Counted from the stretch's first letter, positions 12,825 to 27,057 are shown. The stretch is DNA of 64,000 nt from Octopus sinensis (GCF_006345805.1 NC_043019.1:31805360-31869359); one strand, 5' to 3'. The notes: generated by a model from the sequence alone, not told the origin. Program-made: numbers and translations.

Positions 12825-13236
12825 ATTTAAAAGAATGAGAAAACGTGATTTCAGTAGGCCACACCATAACTATTTCAAACTTAATTGAATCTAATTGAAT
12901 ATAATTAAATTAAGGAGTTTATTCAGGGCTAGGCATAAGCTTTGTTCAGAGAGGTGATAGAGGTGGGCCACAACATTTAAAAAAATTATTCCGTTGCAAA
13001 GCTGCTTTATTTTATTTTGTTTTAATTTGATCTTATTTATATTTTAATTTAATTTTTAATTTTTTAAATTTAATTTTTCAGTTTTTTTTTTGTTTTTGTT
13101 TTTTTTTTTTCATCTTAGACATGTTTTGGTGATTGGACTGCACCCATACTGCAGCACTGCCTTGAAAGCTTTACGTTGAACAACTCCATCCCAATAATAC
13201 TTGTGCTTTATTATTATCATTGTTATTATTATGAGG

Positions 13237-13284
<48 letters not shown>

Positions 13285-13285
13285 G

Positions 13286-13830
13286 AGTGAGAGAGATGTG
13301 CATGCCATTAAAGTGACACTGGGGTAAAATATACGAAGCCCAGTATACCCTTCATGACTACCCTTCTGATAAGGGTACACCAGGCACATGCATCACAACC
13401 ATATGTGCACGACATGGTGATCTCATATCAAGATAAACAGTGCATGATCTTGCAGGTGGGGCCCAGTTAGAATTTTCTTCTGGTCAAGTAGCCCATCCCG
13501 CTCAAAAGGTCCCTGAATAAGGATTGTTTAAGGATGTTGAACGAACCACCCATGTTTCCAAAGGTGAATTATCCAAACCTCCAAAAATTCCTCTCAATAC
13601 ATGGGTATGATGCTCCCCCACTACTTCTGCTCGTGATCTAAGATGCACATATCGTCAGCCACTAAGGGACATGCTCAACTGGTTATGGTCAAATAACTGA
13701 CAAGCAAATCTGTGGTATTGAGCAGAATATTTGCTGTAGCCCATCTTTTATACCAAGACAAAACAATGTACATGATAACACTTCCAATCAGTTAAGATCA
13801 GAAGCCATGAGAGCCAATGTCTAGTACTTT
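13286..13830 (-). mobile_element. ~545-bp non-coding element embedded in (TAA)n
   Basis: Complex sequence bounded on both sides by (TTA)n arrays; no ORF. Confidence 0.45.
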
Positions 13831-14715
13831 ATCAGGGCATTTATTATTATTATTATTAGTAGTAGTAGTAGTATTAGTTTATGTTTGACTTTTGCTTTAC
13901 ATTTGTACAAGTTAGCTCCAAGTCTCACCCAGAGACTTCAAGAGACAACAAGTTGGAAGTTCATGTTGGTTGTCTCTTGAGGTCTCTGGGTGGTTTGTAC
14001 TTTTTCTATCTGTCACTTTTGCCAAAGAGCTAAGTTACAGGGCCATAAACAAACCAGCACCAATTGTCAAGCAGTGTGTGTCTGGTGACAAACACAGACA
14101 CAAAGACACACACAAAAACATACATACATACATGCATACATAAATAAATGCAATCATACATACATACATACATACATACACACATACATACAACCATACA
14201 TTCATAGAAACATATATACATACGCATATACACATATATGTACATACAAACAGACACACACACACACATACATACACACATGCCACAGGTTTCAACACAG
14301 TTTCCATTTTCTAATTTCCTTCCCAAGGCATAAGACATTTGTCAGACAGTAAGACTGAACCCAAAACCATGCAGCTGCAAAGCAAAATTCTTTCTCTCAC
14401 CTCCCGCTTTCATACCCCCCACCCCACCCTACAATGTCATTCTGAAAATAAACAATCACATCGTCTACACCTTGAGCTACAAGATAATGCATGATTAATT
14501 CAAAACAATGGTAATAAATAATCAATAGAACTTGACAGAATAATCTGAATTCTAAAAGATAAAAATCTAACATGAAATCTGTGGTGTGCCCCCTGGTGGG
14601 GTGATAATCTTTTCTAGATTAAGTTAAGTTGAGGCTGATTTGAAAATTTGAAATTCACATCAAAGGGTAAAGGTTTCTAAAATATACAGATTTAATTTTT
14701 GTTTTCTACACATAG

Positions 14716-15125
14716 GCGCAGGAGTGGCTGTGTGGTAAGTAGCTTGCTAACCAACCACATGGTTCCGGGTTCAGTCCCACTGCGTGGCATCTTGGGCAAG
14801 TGTCTTCTGCTATAGCCCCGGGCCAACCAATGCCTTGTGAGTGGATTTGGTAGACGGAAACTGAAAGAAGCCTGTCGTATATATGTATATATATATATAT
14901 ATAAATATGTATGTGTGTTTGTGTGTCTGTGTTTGTCCCCCTAGCATTGCTTGACAACCGATGCTGGTGTGTTTACGTCCCCGTCACTTAGCGGTTCGGC
15001 AAAAGAGACCGATAGAATAAGTACTGGGCTTACAAAGAATAAGTCCCGGGGTCGATTTGCTCGAATAAAGGCGGTGCTCCAGCATGGTCGCAGTCAAATG
15101 ACTGAAACAAGTAAAAGAGTAAAAG
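14716..15125 (+). mobile_element. SINE family A, full-length young copy
   Basis: GGCGCAGGAGTGGCTGTGTGGTAAG head, central TA/TG microsatellite, GAAACAAGTAAAAGAG tail. Confidence 0.9.
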
Positions 15126-15399
15126 AAAAGAATGAGTATTATAAAGTTCTTAAAGTTCTTTCTTGTTGGTAGCCATGTATAGCGCTATTTCATCATTTTC
15201 TGTAATTATCAGCATGGCATAACTTGAGATAAATCAGCTTAAGCTAAATTCAACCATTTTATGAAGTTAGACATTTCTTGTAAAGAGGAAATAGTTTATT
15301 ATAATTTAATAAAAGGTATTCTTTTCATCTTCCATCCTTAATTCTTACCACCATCTCAAACAGGGAAGGAGAAAGAAGCCAGCATTGTTCTGTATCTCT

Positions 15400-15890
15400 T
15401 CTTATTTCGTTTCTGTCACTTTCTTTCCTTCTCTCTTGTCTCTCTCTATTTCTCCTTCTCTGTCTGTCTATCTCCCCCCCCCCCACCACCACCACCGCTT
15501 TTCTGTACATTTGTTTTAAAAAAGTGTTCTGCATATATAATAAACCCATGTCTCCAGAGGAATAAAAATCTGTTCTGTTCACTACTCCTTCCCCTCCTTC
15601 CTTGTCTCACCCTTCTTTCCTCTTTGTCTAATCAACTCCCTCCCTCCCTCCCTCTCTCTCACACTCCTCTTTCTCTTTCTTCCCCTTATCTCTCTCCTTA
15701 CCCTCTGCCTCCTTCTCTCTCGCTCCCCCTCTCTGTCTATCCTCTCTGCATGCTCTCTGCGTCTGCCTGTCCCTCTGTCTCTGTCTGTCTCTCTCTCTCT
15801 CTCCCTCTCTCTCTTCCTTTTCTCTCTCTCCCCCTCTCTTTTTTTCCTTCTCTCTCTCTCCCCTCTCTCTCTCTTTCTCTCATTCATTCA
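15400..15890 (+). repeat. Polypyrimidine (CT)-rich tract
   Basis: Direct reading. Confidence 0.9.
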
Positions 15891-16589
15891 TTCACCTTGT
15901 ACCTATGCTTCAGTGTTAGTGGTGATATGTAGTGAGCAGTAGGTGGTAATAGACAGAGAGACACAAACAGTCAATGAAACAGAAAGAGGGAGAGAGAGAG
16001 AGTCAGAGACAGTGAGGCAGTGATACCCAACAGACATAGACATAAAACTGTGAAAGAGAGAGAGGGGGAGAAGGTGAAGCTTGATTTATGATGTTGTACA
16101 GAACAAATTTTTTACCTTTTTCTTTTGCTTTTTACATACTTAATTCTTCGCCCACTCCCTTGTTATTTTTTTTACCTGTAGAAAAAAAACAGAAAGGCTG
16201 ACATTGTCCTTCCATTATCAATGCATCATTGTAAACACAGTGGTTATATTTCAACTTTATGCATTTTTTTTATTTACATTGATTATTTTATCCCCCCTCT
16301 CACCCTTTTTTTATTAATTTAACTATTTTGGCTGTTTTTCTTCATTCAATTATTTATTTGTTTATGTATTCATTGTAAATAAAAAAAATTTACAAGTGAC
16401 CCCCCCCCCCCGCAAGACCCTCTACCTGTTAACATTGTTTATTTTATATTGTTGTCCATTATTATAATAAAGGATTGCTGTTGATATTGTGAATAAAATT
16501 AGTGCCTTTACCTGCTCCCTAAAACCTCATTAAGGCTTCAACAACATGGACAGCAGTAGCAACAACAACATCTACAACTGCATTAAAGA

Positions 16590-16880
16590 CTCCCTTCAGT
16601 CATGAATGACCATGGGATTGCACCTAGAAAGTTTCCCTTCGAGGCACAAGTCTGGGCAAGGTTCTTTATGGAAGACCAGCAGTTGCCCATGGATACCAGC
16701 CTCTGATGTTATCCAAGGGAAAGGCAAAGGATGATACAGCTTGGCACCAGTGATGCCACAACTCATTCTACAGTTGGGTGAACTGGAGCAATGTGAAATA
16801 AAGTGTCTTGCTCAAGAACACAACACACAGCCTGATCTGGGAACTGAACTCACTACCTCATGATTGTGAGCCCAACACTC
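16590..16880 (-). mobile_element. tRNA-derived SINE family C
   Basis: Reverse complement contains GTGTTCTTGAGCAAGACACTT central domain and CATTCATGACTGAAGGG tail. Other copies near 18620, 33385, 33843, 51290, 54970 and 58480. Confidence 0.75.
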
Positions 16881-17199
16881 TGAATACATTTATTGTATCT
16901 GTCCCTTTTCTCATGACTGTTGGAGTATGATTTAAGAAAGGATTCCAGTGAAAGTAATAACCAGCTGCACAAAAGATGAGGGATGAAATTATGAGCAATT
17001 TTGCTCACATAATAAGTACAGCAGATGAGTAAATAGTGCCATAGACAGAAGAATGATGGAGGGATAGATGTTAGTAAGATGAGTTGTATGTGGCAGACTT
17101 GACTGGGACCAATTGGGTGTGGGAGCATAAGGATAAAAGATATGCTTTTAGGACCTAATTTTTGCTGGGATGGACTGTAAAATCCTCAATCATCACAGT

Positions 17200-17640
17200 A
17201 TTTTGTTATTGCCTTCACAAAGCTCGACATCTGGAGTTCATCACTATTTCATCCCACATTTTCTTGGGTCTTCCTCTTCTACAAGTTCCATCCACATATG
17301 ATAAATGGCACTTCTTTATGCAGCTGTCCCTATCCATATGTATCCCATGATCATACCAGCACAGTTAACCCTCTTTAACGCCACATTTGATACCTCTTAT
17401 GCCTAATTTTTCTCTCAACACTTTGCACTTTGTTATACATGTACACTGTCATTGCACAACTAGTAGAAAATGCCAGCTTCATTTCTATCAAGCCATTCCA
17501 TGTCTTCCACATTCATATACCACGTTTCACTACATGGTAGTGAAACATAGGATGCTCATTCACAAGCACCATACAATGTGTCTTTCACCATGAAACCCAA
17601 GAGAGAAAGGCCAGCCCTTAGTTACCGACAGAGGCAATAA
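17200..17640 (-). mobile_element. RTE-clade LINE remnant
   Basis: Minus-strand HMDRDSCIKKCHLSYVDGTCRRGRPKKMW; homologous to 61900-62010. Confidence 0.75.
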
Positions 17641-17749
17641 CTCTCCGAATTTGCTCTACCACATGTCTGGCCAGGGGGAAATAAAAGATATTAGGAGATG
17701 ATTTGAGATTGACCTAAGCACACAAAAAAACCCACCACCACCACCACCA

Positions 17750-17783
<34 letters not shown>

Positions 17784-18949
17784 ATTGTAAACTTAGCAAA
17801 AAATGACTCAGCTGTTTGGCTTAGCAAGGGAAAAATGTAAGACTGTTTAGTTAGTTGGAAAATTGGGTTTTAATCTTTCATATAAACAGTAATTAGATTA
17901 GAAGCAAAATGAAAAAACAAACCAAAAACTGCAATTTCCTTGTTAACCGTTTAATGGTAAGCACTAAAGGCAAATCACCACACTTGAGAATATTCACTTT
18001 AAGGAGCTACTAAAAATAATAACAAACCATATCAGATTCAGTGCAGATAATGATTAAGATGGATGCCATGTAAGTTGGTTTCTAGGTTTTCTAGCAGAAT
18101 ATCCAACCACAAAGATATCATTTCCTTAAACAGCGATTTTACAAACTTTTCTCAATTGGCTGACATAATCACCAACATCACCACCACCACCACCATTGCT
18201 GTCACTACTTCCACTGCCACCATCGTACCACCTTTGCTGCCGCCACTGCCCCTGGCTACACTAATAACCATGTACCTCTTAATTTGTGGAAACTCTCGTT
18301 TTATTTTCTGTTAGAAATTCACAGAAGTTTTACATTTTGCTTCGTCTTTGTTCTAAGCTAATTGCAGATTAAAGATGGTTAAATCTGAAGAATACTCTGC
18401 AATTGTCTGGCACTATGAGACAACATAACCAACGGCTCAAAGTAGAATAAATTAGCTTACTTTGTAGCAGAGGGAAAGTCTAGCATTTTGGGTGGGACCA
18501 ATTCTCAGAGACAAAGAAAGACAGAGAGAGAGAGAGGTTTTCTGAGGGTACCAAATATATGAGGACAGAGAAATAGGAGGCTTGTTAAAGCATTGGATGA
18601 AATACCTTGTGGTGTTTATTCTGGTGAAGGCGCATGGCCTAGTTATCAGGGTGTTGCACTGACAATCAGGAGATTGTGGTTTCAATTCCTGGACCAGTTG
18701 ATGCTTTGTGTCCTTGAGCAAAACACTTCATATGTTTTGTAGTGAACACTTGTTCAGGCAACATCGACTTGATGAAGGAAATAGGCACAAACATTTGATC
18801 ACTATACACAAATCATTTGTGCAGGTTGTTCAATAAGGAATTACAGAAATGTCTTTCTCTGACTACAAGAGTCTACCATCATTTATTTGGTTTATCTAAT
18901 TCTGAATTCAAATCCAGTCACAATTAACTTTGTCTTTATTTTTTTTTTA

Positions 18950-19900
18950 CCTCCATCTTGCTGGGATACACAGGAGTGAGGATGAAATATGAGCAGTTTT
19001 GCTGTCTTGTAATTACAGCAGCAGAATGAATAGTGCCATAGACAGAAGAGTGATGGAGGGATGGGTTTAAGAAAATGACCTATTGGGAAAGACTTGATAG
19101 GGACAGACTGGATGTAGGAGCTTAGACATAAATTATATGGTTACAGGATTTCGTTTTTGCAGAAATGGATGGGTGTTTTCAGGCACAGCAATAAAGTACC
19201 AGTCAAGGGTGATGAGTGGCACAAACGTTGCAGTATCAGACAGGTTGCCTACGTTTTTTTCTGGTTCTTTGTACACTGAGTTCAAATCCTGCAGAAGTCT
19301 AATAAAGTGGTAGACTTAAACTATCACCTTGTTTAATGTTACGATCTGGTCCCTGGGCACCTCCAGCAAAGTCCTCTCTGTGACAAATATTTAGACCAAA
19401 TCTCCAGTTTGAGAGCTCCAGTATCAGCTTGGTATGGTTTCCATGTCTTCCAGCCATAGAAACCATGCACTTCCTAATGTCAACCATTCTACATGCTTTT
19501 ATATGCAACCAGCACTAGCAAAGTTGCCTATTAATTTGCGAGACGAGAAAATAACAAGAGAAAGGAAAAGGAAAAAAGGCCCTTCTGACTAAATGGTGCT
19601 TGGGTTGGGTTAGTATTTGAGATGAGGAGGAAGGACAATGGTTCTATGTCAGATGTTGAGGGATTAAAATGTGATGGAAGGAAAAGCACAAGTGTCTTGT
19701 TGTATATAAGGTTATTCCACATTATACAGGGATGAAAGTAGCAGGAAAGAAGGTGGAGAGGGTGGTGATGGGATGCCAGAGCATCTTAAGATACAAGAAG
19801 ATGAGTATAAGAGAGGATACTGAGAGTGTAGGATGAGTCATAGCATTGTGAAGGGAGACTAGATTATAAGCAAAAAAGAATTAAATTTCCTTGTAAATTG
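18950..19900 (-). mobile_element. Highly degraded CR1/L2-like LINE fragments
   Basis: 18950-19140 resembles 16960-17150; weak recalled similarity to a CR1-type RT C-terminus. Confidence 0.35.
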
Positions 19901-20991
19901 GTTTAACTCTTTAGCATTCAGGTTATTTTGTCAAATGTAATGTTTATTTTTTCACATTGTTTAGAATTAATCATTCATTAAGTTGTAGTTTTGAGATTTC
20001 AATGGTGTGGTTGTTTTTTTTATAATGACATTGTAGAGTAGGTGTGAAAGGCCAGATATGTAGTTGAAATTTATAGAAAAAAAGACGAAGACAAGTGTAT
20101 GAACAGCAAGCAAGTATATTAGTTTGACACTTGTGAAAATGAAAAGTCTTTTACATTTCGAGCCTATGCTCTTCAACAGAAAGGAACATGAGAAAATAGG
20201 CAGAGAGAAAATAAAAAGACTAGTAGATTTTAGTGGTTCAGCATGGCAAATGATTTGTAAAATAGTTGGAAAGAAACTGGTCAGTAGGTGTGAGAGGCCA
20301 GACATATAACTAGTTTGGACCTTTAGCATTCAGATTAATCTGTTGAGTGTACTTCTTACTTCTTCACATTGTTTCGAATTAATCAGGTATTATCTAGTGG
20401 CTATAAAGATTTCAATGATGTGACTATTTAATTTTATAATGACATTATAGGGTAGGTGTAAGAGACAAGATGTGGCTGGTTTGAACATAAAACAGGTGGA
20501 ATATTTTGGTCTGATATATCTGGTTTAAATTTTAAAGAGTTAATTGCAAGTACCGATGGCAGATCACCTCTAGAATCACTCGCTAGAAATATAGCATACA
20601 AATCTCACCTGGTCTTTCACATGCCCTGCAGGGTACCCAAACCAAACTGTGATGTAACATTCTGAATCTGACAAGCCTCTCTTCCAACATCCAAACCCGA
20701 GTTTCCTGGCTGAGATGCTTACAGAATAAATCCATCTGAACATGGCACTGTCATTTCGTATGAGACCCCATTTCAGATTGTGACATTGACAGACGAGATC
20801 TCACTGACACAGAACAGAACACTATGAATGCAAAACATTGTAGATGTGACCTCTTACATAAGTTAGTTTTCAAACATACATGCGTACACATATAGATAGA
20901 TAGATAAATAAAAAAAAATAGATACATACATGCACACGTATGTATGTATATCATCATCGTTTAATGGTCCGTTATTTTCCATGCTGGCAAC

Positions 20992-21024
<33 letters not shown>

Positions 21025-21316
21025 TGCACATATATATAGACAGATAGATAGATAGACGTTTGGATGGATGGATGGATGGATGGATAGATAAACGAACGGA
21101 CGGACGGACAGACAGACAGATAGATAGACATGCATGCATTCATACATATATAAATGAAGTCTTGTATAAAATCTTTAATCATTTACAACTGTTAAGAATG
21201 ACAAATTTAACCAGTATTTCTTTTAGTGGTACTTCTTAAAGGTTATACACATACGTACTTACATACATAGATATATACATACATGTGTGTGTATATATAT
21301 ATATGTGTGTGTGTGT

Positions 21317-21347
<31 letters not shown>

Positions 21348-21361
21348 AGTGTGTATCTATC

Positions 21362-21393
<32 letters not shown>

Positions 21394-21894
21394 TATATGT
21401 GTCTGTATATGTGTGTGTATATATATATATGCTTAGCTTCTTTACGTTTGTAAGAAAAGGAAAAAGAAAAAAAACTTTTCTTTTTCATCCCTTCAAATTC
21501 CTTAAATTTCTTTTTTGTTTCTTTTCTGTTTTTTTTTGTTTCTTTTTTGTTGTTTATTCTAAATTGTTTCTTTGTTTGTTTGTTTGTTTGTTTTTCTTAT
21601 GTCAGCTGCAGAGAACAACGATTGTTGTTGAACTTTTTTCTCACAATAAGGAAATAGTTTAAACTGAATATTGCACTTTGACATAACAAGATTATAATCA
21701 TGCAGCTGGATGGCTGGCCAGCTGGTCTGTTGGTTGGTTGGCTGGTTGATTGGATGGGTGGATGGATGGATGGGTGGGTGGATGGTGAAGTCTCTTTTTT
21801 AACACAAGAAAAGAATAGTTGTTCTGTTCGCCAAAGCTTTTTAATTGCACTTCACTTAATAATTTGCTATTAGTTAATTAGTTAGTTACTTGGT

Positions 21895-22125
21895 AGTAGT
21901 GGTAGTGGTGCCTGTGGTGGTGGTGGTGGTGGCGGTGGTGGTTATGGTGGTAGTGGTAGTGGTGATGGAGGTGGTGATGGTGGTGGTGGGGATTGTGGTA
22001 GTAGTGGTTGAGGTGGTGGTGGTCGTAATAGATGTTGTGGTAGTAGTGCTGATGGTAGTGGTTCTGATGGTAGTAGTAGTATTGTGTTGGTAGTGGTGAT
22101 AGTAGTAGTAGTAGTAGTAGTAGTA
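21895..22125 (+). repeat. (GGT/AGT)n tract
   Basis: Direct reading. Confidence 0.95.
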
Positions 22126-23121
22126 ATTTTTGTTTTTCATTTTGATTAAAAAAACTCGAATAAGCATTTGGACATGGAATTAAGTAATGCATGTCATTGC
22201 TAATTTCTGTTCATTTGATGGAGAATAATTAATGAAATCAGAAAATGTACCACTTGAAGTTTGTCTGCTTTTTTTTTTTTTAATGTTTTAAAACACCATT
22301 TCTTTGAGATAAGATTTTTTTTTTTTTTTGCTCAAAGATAATGAAATTATTAACTCTGCTGCAATAGCAACAACAAAAATAACAAGAAAAAGCAAAACCA
22401 AAAAAAAAAGCAAATAAAAAACACTTAATTAAAAGTGACCTCCCTCCCTCATTCTCTCTGTTTCTCTTACAGACATGCACACACATATACATACATGCAT
22501 ACATACAAACACGCATACACGTATGCTCACACATATATGCATTCGTGAGATTTTGTCTATCAAACAAATTTTTTATTTATTTATTTATTTTATTTTTTTT
22601 GTTTTTGTTTTTTTGTCTCTTTGATTAAGTTCTTGGTAACTAACCATTCCTCAAAGGGAAACAGTCTAGACAGAGATATGTTCAGAGATATTTCTCAGCA
22701 ACCCAACCTTTAACATTCTGATAAGCCAAAAGAAACACTTTTTGGCAGAAACGATTTCCATTCTGGTCTCTTATTTTTCCGTTCTCACTCCAATTCCATT
22801 TTATTTTCATCCTCAGGTCTTTTCTTCTTCTTTTTTCTTTCTTTCTGTCTTTCTTTCTTTCTTATTTTTCTTTCTCTCTCTTTCCTTCTTTCTTTCTTCT
22901 TTTTCTCTCTTTCTTTATTCATTCATTTATTTATTTAGGCATGGTTGTGTGGTTAAGAAGCTTGCTTCCAAATCAGGTGGTCTTGGGTTCAGTCCCACAG
23001 CATGACACCTTGGTTAAATGTCAACTGTAGTCCTGGGGCCAACCAAAGCCTTCTGTGTGAATTTGGCAAAAGGAAACAGGAAGAAGCCATTGTGCATACA
23101 TATATCTATGTATTTATACTT

Positions 23122-23164
<43 letters not shown>

Positions 23165-23292
23165 TACATATATATATGTATATATATAAGTATGTATGCA
23201 CACACACATATATATATATATATATATGTATGTACACACATATATATATGTATGTATGTACATGCATACATATGTATATAGAGATAGGTAGT

Positions 23293-23323
<31 letters not shown>

Positions 23324-23360
23324 GTAGATGCATACATACATACATACATACATACATACA

Positions 23361-23393
<33 letters not shown>

Positions 23394-23469
23394 TTATATA
23401 CAAATTAAAATCCAGAAAATGGAGAAGTAGCCTTACTATGATTTATTAACTGCAAATCTGCAACATGTT

Positions 23470-23552
23470 CACTTACAGTTGTTTCGATTTTGCCCAAAAG
23501 AATTAAATTCCAGTAATTAAAACATTTTATTGGGCAAAATCTCATCAGAGGT
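23470..23552 (-). ncRNA. Hammerhead-like motif with long stem II
   Basis: Minus strand CTGATGA-GATTTTGCCC-(36 nt)-GGGCAAAATC-GAAAC-AACT-GTA; perfect 10-bp stem II, weak stem I. Confidence 0.55.
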
Positions 23553-23986
23553 AAAAAAAACAAGACACATCATTAGGTTAATACTTGTTTTGGATGAATA
23601 ACATGTAATAACCTAACAATATGTCGTTTTTACTCCTCTGATGAGATTTTGTCCAATGAAATGTTTTAATTACTGGAATTTAATTCTTTTGGGCAGAATC
23701 AAAACAACTGTGAGTGAACCTGTTGAAGTTTTGCAGTTAATAAATCATATTAATGCTACTTCTCCATTTTCTGGATTTTAATTTTAAAATTTATAAACCA
23801 AGATTTGTATTTAAACCCATTTTTTTAGGAATATTACTATTCACAACAAAATAATAGATAACAAACAGTAATTCACTGGATATTTTCTATCCCTTAAAGT
23901 GATTTTTTTAACCCCCCTCTCTCTCTCTCTCTCTATATATATTATATATATATAATATAATATAACATACACACACATATATATAT

Positions 23987-24029
<43 letters not shown>

Positions 24030-24157
24030 ATGTATATGCATACATAATATATATATATATATATATATATAAATGTGAAACAAGGTGGAAAAAAAGAGTA
24101 CTCAAATACCAGTGGTAGAGTAATATGCTTTATTTAAAGCAGCAGAAAATTCTACAA

Positions 24158-24200
24158 AACTGTCCGATGAACAGCAACATGAAACTCAGAGTAACAGGTT
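24158..24200 (+). ncRNA. Degenerate hammerhead-like motif
   Basis: CTGT-CCGATGA-ACAGCAACAT-GAAAC-TCAGA-GTA-ACAG; U4C change and disrupted stem II. Confidence 0.45.
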
Positions 24201-24528
24201 TTGTAGAATTTTCTGCTGCTTTAAATAAAGTATATATATATATATTATATATATATATATATAGTGATGGGACTAGCAGACCAGCCTAATTGACCAGTTA
24301 TTTTGTTGTTTTTACATTCATCACCACTCCATTATTGACCCACTTTTCTTCAACCCCGCTGGATCTTTCTACCCACTTTGGAAACTGCTGCTTTAAATGA
24401 TCATTTGGTGTACTAGAAATAGAAACCAAATCTACCCTTATCTCTTCTTCTTCAAAAAAAAAGAGAAGTGTAATTCGATAATGTATTCCTAGATACCCCA
24501 TGTACATTATGTTGTTGTCCATTGTTGA

Positions 24529-24735
<207 letters not shown>

Positions 24736-25230
24736 TAAGTAATTATATTTTCTTAACAGTAATTATATTTTATCAATGATAATTACATTTTCTTTTGTTT
24801 CTTTTACCCTAAAAAAATGTGTCTTTGCAATCACATAGTTCCAGATTTCAATTCCAGCCTGCATCTTTTGTCTTTGATCTTCATATGTGTAGAATATGGA
24901 TGTGTTGTAATAAGTTTGCTGCCCGACCACATGGTTCTGGGTTCAGTCCCACCGTGGGGCACCTTGGATAAGTGTCTTCTACTATGCTATAGTCTCAGAA
25001 CAATCAATGCTTAGTGAGTGGATTTGATAGACTGAAACTGACACAAGTCCATTGTATGTGTGTGTGTGTGTTTGTGTGTCTGTGTGTAAGACTTTCTCAC
25101 TTTCCTGAGCATCAAACTAATACACCTGCTTGTTGTTTATACACCTGTGTCCGTCTATTGTTTTGCTGTAAATTTCAACAATATGTATGCATGTATGTAT
25201 GTATGTATGTATGTATGTATATGTGTGTGT

Positions 25231-25276
<46 letters not shown>

Positions 25277-25348
25277 ACAGACTTGTTTCATTTTCAGTCT
25301 ACCAAATACAAAGAGGCACACACACACATACTATATATGTATACATGC

Positions 25349-25463
<115 letters not shown>

Positions 25464-25882
25464 CATACATATATGCAAAAGTTTAGGTTAATTAAAATAT
25501 GTTTGTGACATATCTTGACTTCTAAAAGGTAAATTAACTGCAGTTACCATTGAGAAAAATTCTCTCTTAAGGTAAAAAGGTGTTAAAACGCCATGTCTGT
25601 CCAATGTCGCCCCCTGTCAGGATTCCCAGAGATCAATGTTTTGTAGCTCTTTAACCGTATTCAATGAGAAATACCTAAGAGAGGTAACTCTGGACAGATC
25701 TTATGAAGGCCTTAGCTTTAACTAAAATACAGGCAATAACATTGACTGATTTGCGCCAGAAGACCGCCAAGGTCGTGGAAATTACCATAATAGTAAAACC
25801 CTTAAAGAATTCAATAAAATAGCTTTGTTGTTCTTAAGGTGATATTTGAAGCATAAATTAACAGGAAATTTTGATGAAAGGT

Positions 25883-26128
25883 TTAAAGTTAGATCACTTT
25901 AACCCTTTTGTTACCATATATCTATTAAAATACATGACATCAGTTTCAATTAATTTTGAAAACACTAAAAAATTCAGCAAAATAACTTTGTTGTTCATAA
26001 GGTGGTTTTTGGAGATTAAATTAACAGGAAATTTGCATGGATGGTTCTAATTTAGATGACTTTAAAACAGAGAAGTTGTATCAATAGAACCAAGACCATT
26101 CTCTAGTTGGTTGCTGTCAAAGAGTTAA
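25883..26128. mobile_element. Second piggyBac-type MITE
   Basis: TTAACCCTTTTGTTACC...GTCAAAGAGTTAA; preceded by a partial direct copy at about 25800-25880. Confidence 0.5.
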
Positions 26129-26642
26129 CCTATTTTAAAACCTTGTCAAAGATTCTGCAAGAGGTTTTTCTTTCATTCTGAGAGCCAACCATTTTACTTT
26201 TGGATCATTTCTGATAAATCCATACACTTAAAAGGATGTAATTTGAACCATTCCTTGTTTTATTTGGTGTTGTTTTATTTTGCTTTTATATTTTCCTCTA
26301 AAAATTTTTCTTGTGGTGGTGGTGGCGGTGGCAGCTGTGGTGGTGGTGGTGCTTTCCATTGATTGTGTTGAGCTTTGAGCTTATGAATAAATTCTTTGGA
26401 CAAGAGAAGGAATAACCTGAAGAGCACAGTACAAGGAGAGAGAGAAAAAGGTGGAGGGGAGATAAAATAAAGAGGAGTGGAGAGAGAATAAAGAGAGAGT
26501 GAAAGAAGAAGCAGAAACGGAATGTAAAAGAGAGAGGAAAGATAGATAGATGTATGTATGTATGTATGTGAGTGTATGCATACACACATACACACACACA
26601 GATATATATATGCACATATATATAAAAAAAAATTATATACAT

Positions 26643-27054
26643 AGGCGTAGGAGTGGCTGTGTGGTAAGTAGCTTGCTAACCAGCCACATGGTTCCGGGTT
26701 CAGTCCCACTGCGTGACATCTTGGGCAAGTGTCTTCTGCTATAGCCCCGGGCCGACCAATGCCTAGTGAGTGGATTTGGTAGACGGAAACTGAAAGAAGC
26801 CTGTCGTATATATGTATATATATATATGTGTGTATGTTTGTGTGTCTGTGTTTGTCCCCCTAGCATTGCTTGACAACCGATGCAGGTGTGTTTACATACC
26901 CGTCACTTAGCGGTTTGGCAAAAAGAGACCGATAGAATAAGTACTAGGCTTACAAAGAATAAGTCCGGGGTCGATTTGCTCGACTAAAGGCGGTGCTCCA
27001 GCATGGCCACAGTCAAATGACTGAAACAAGTAAAAGAGTAAAAGAGTAAAAAGA

Positions 27055-27057
<3 letters not shown>
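26643..27057 (+). mobile_element. SINE family A, full-length young copy
   Basis: Near-identical to 14716-15125; tail of (GTAAAAGA)n. Confidence 0.9.
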
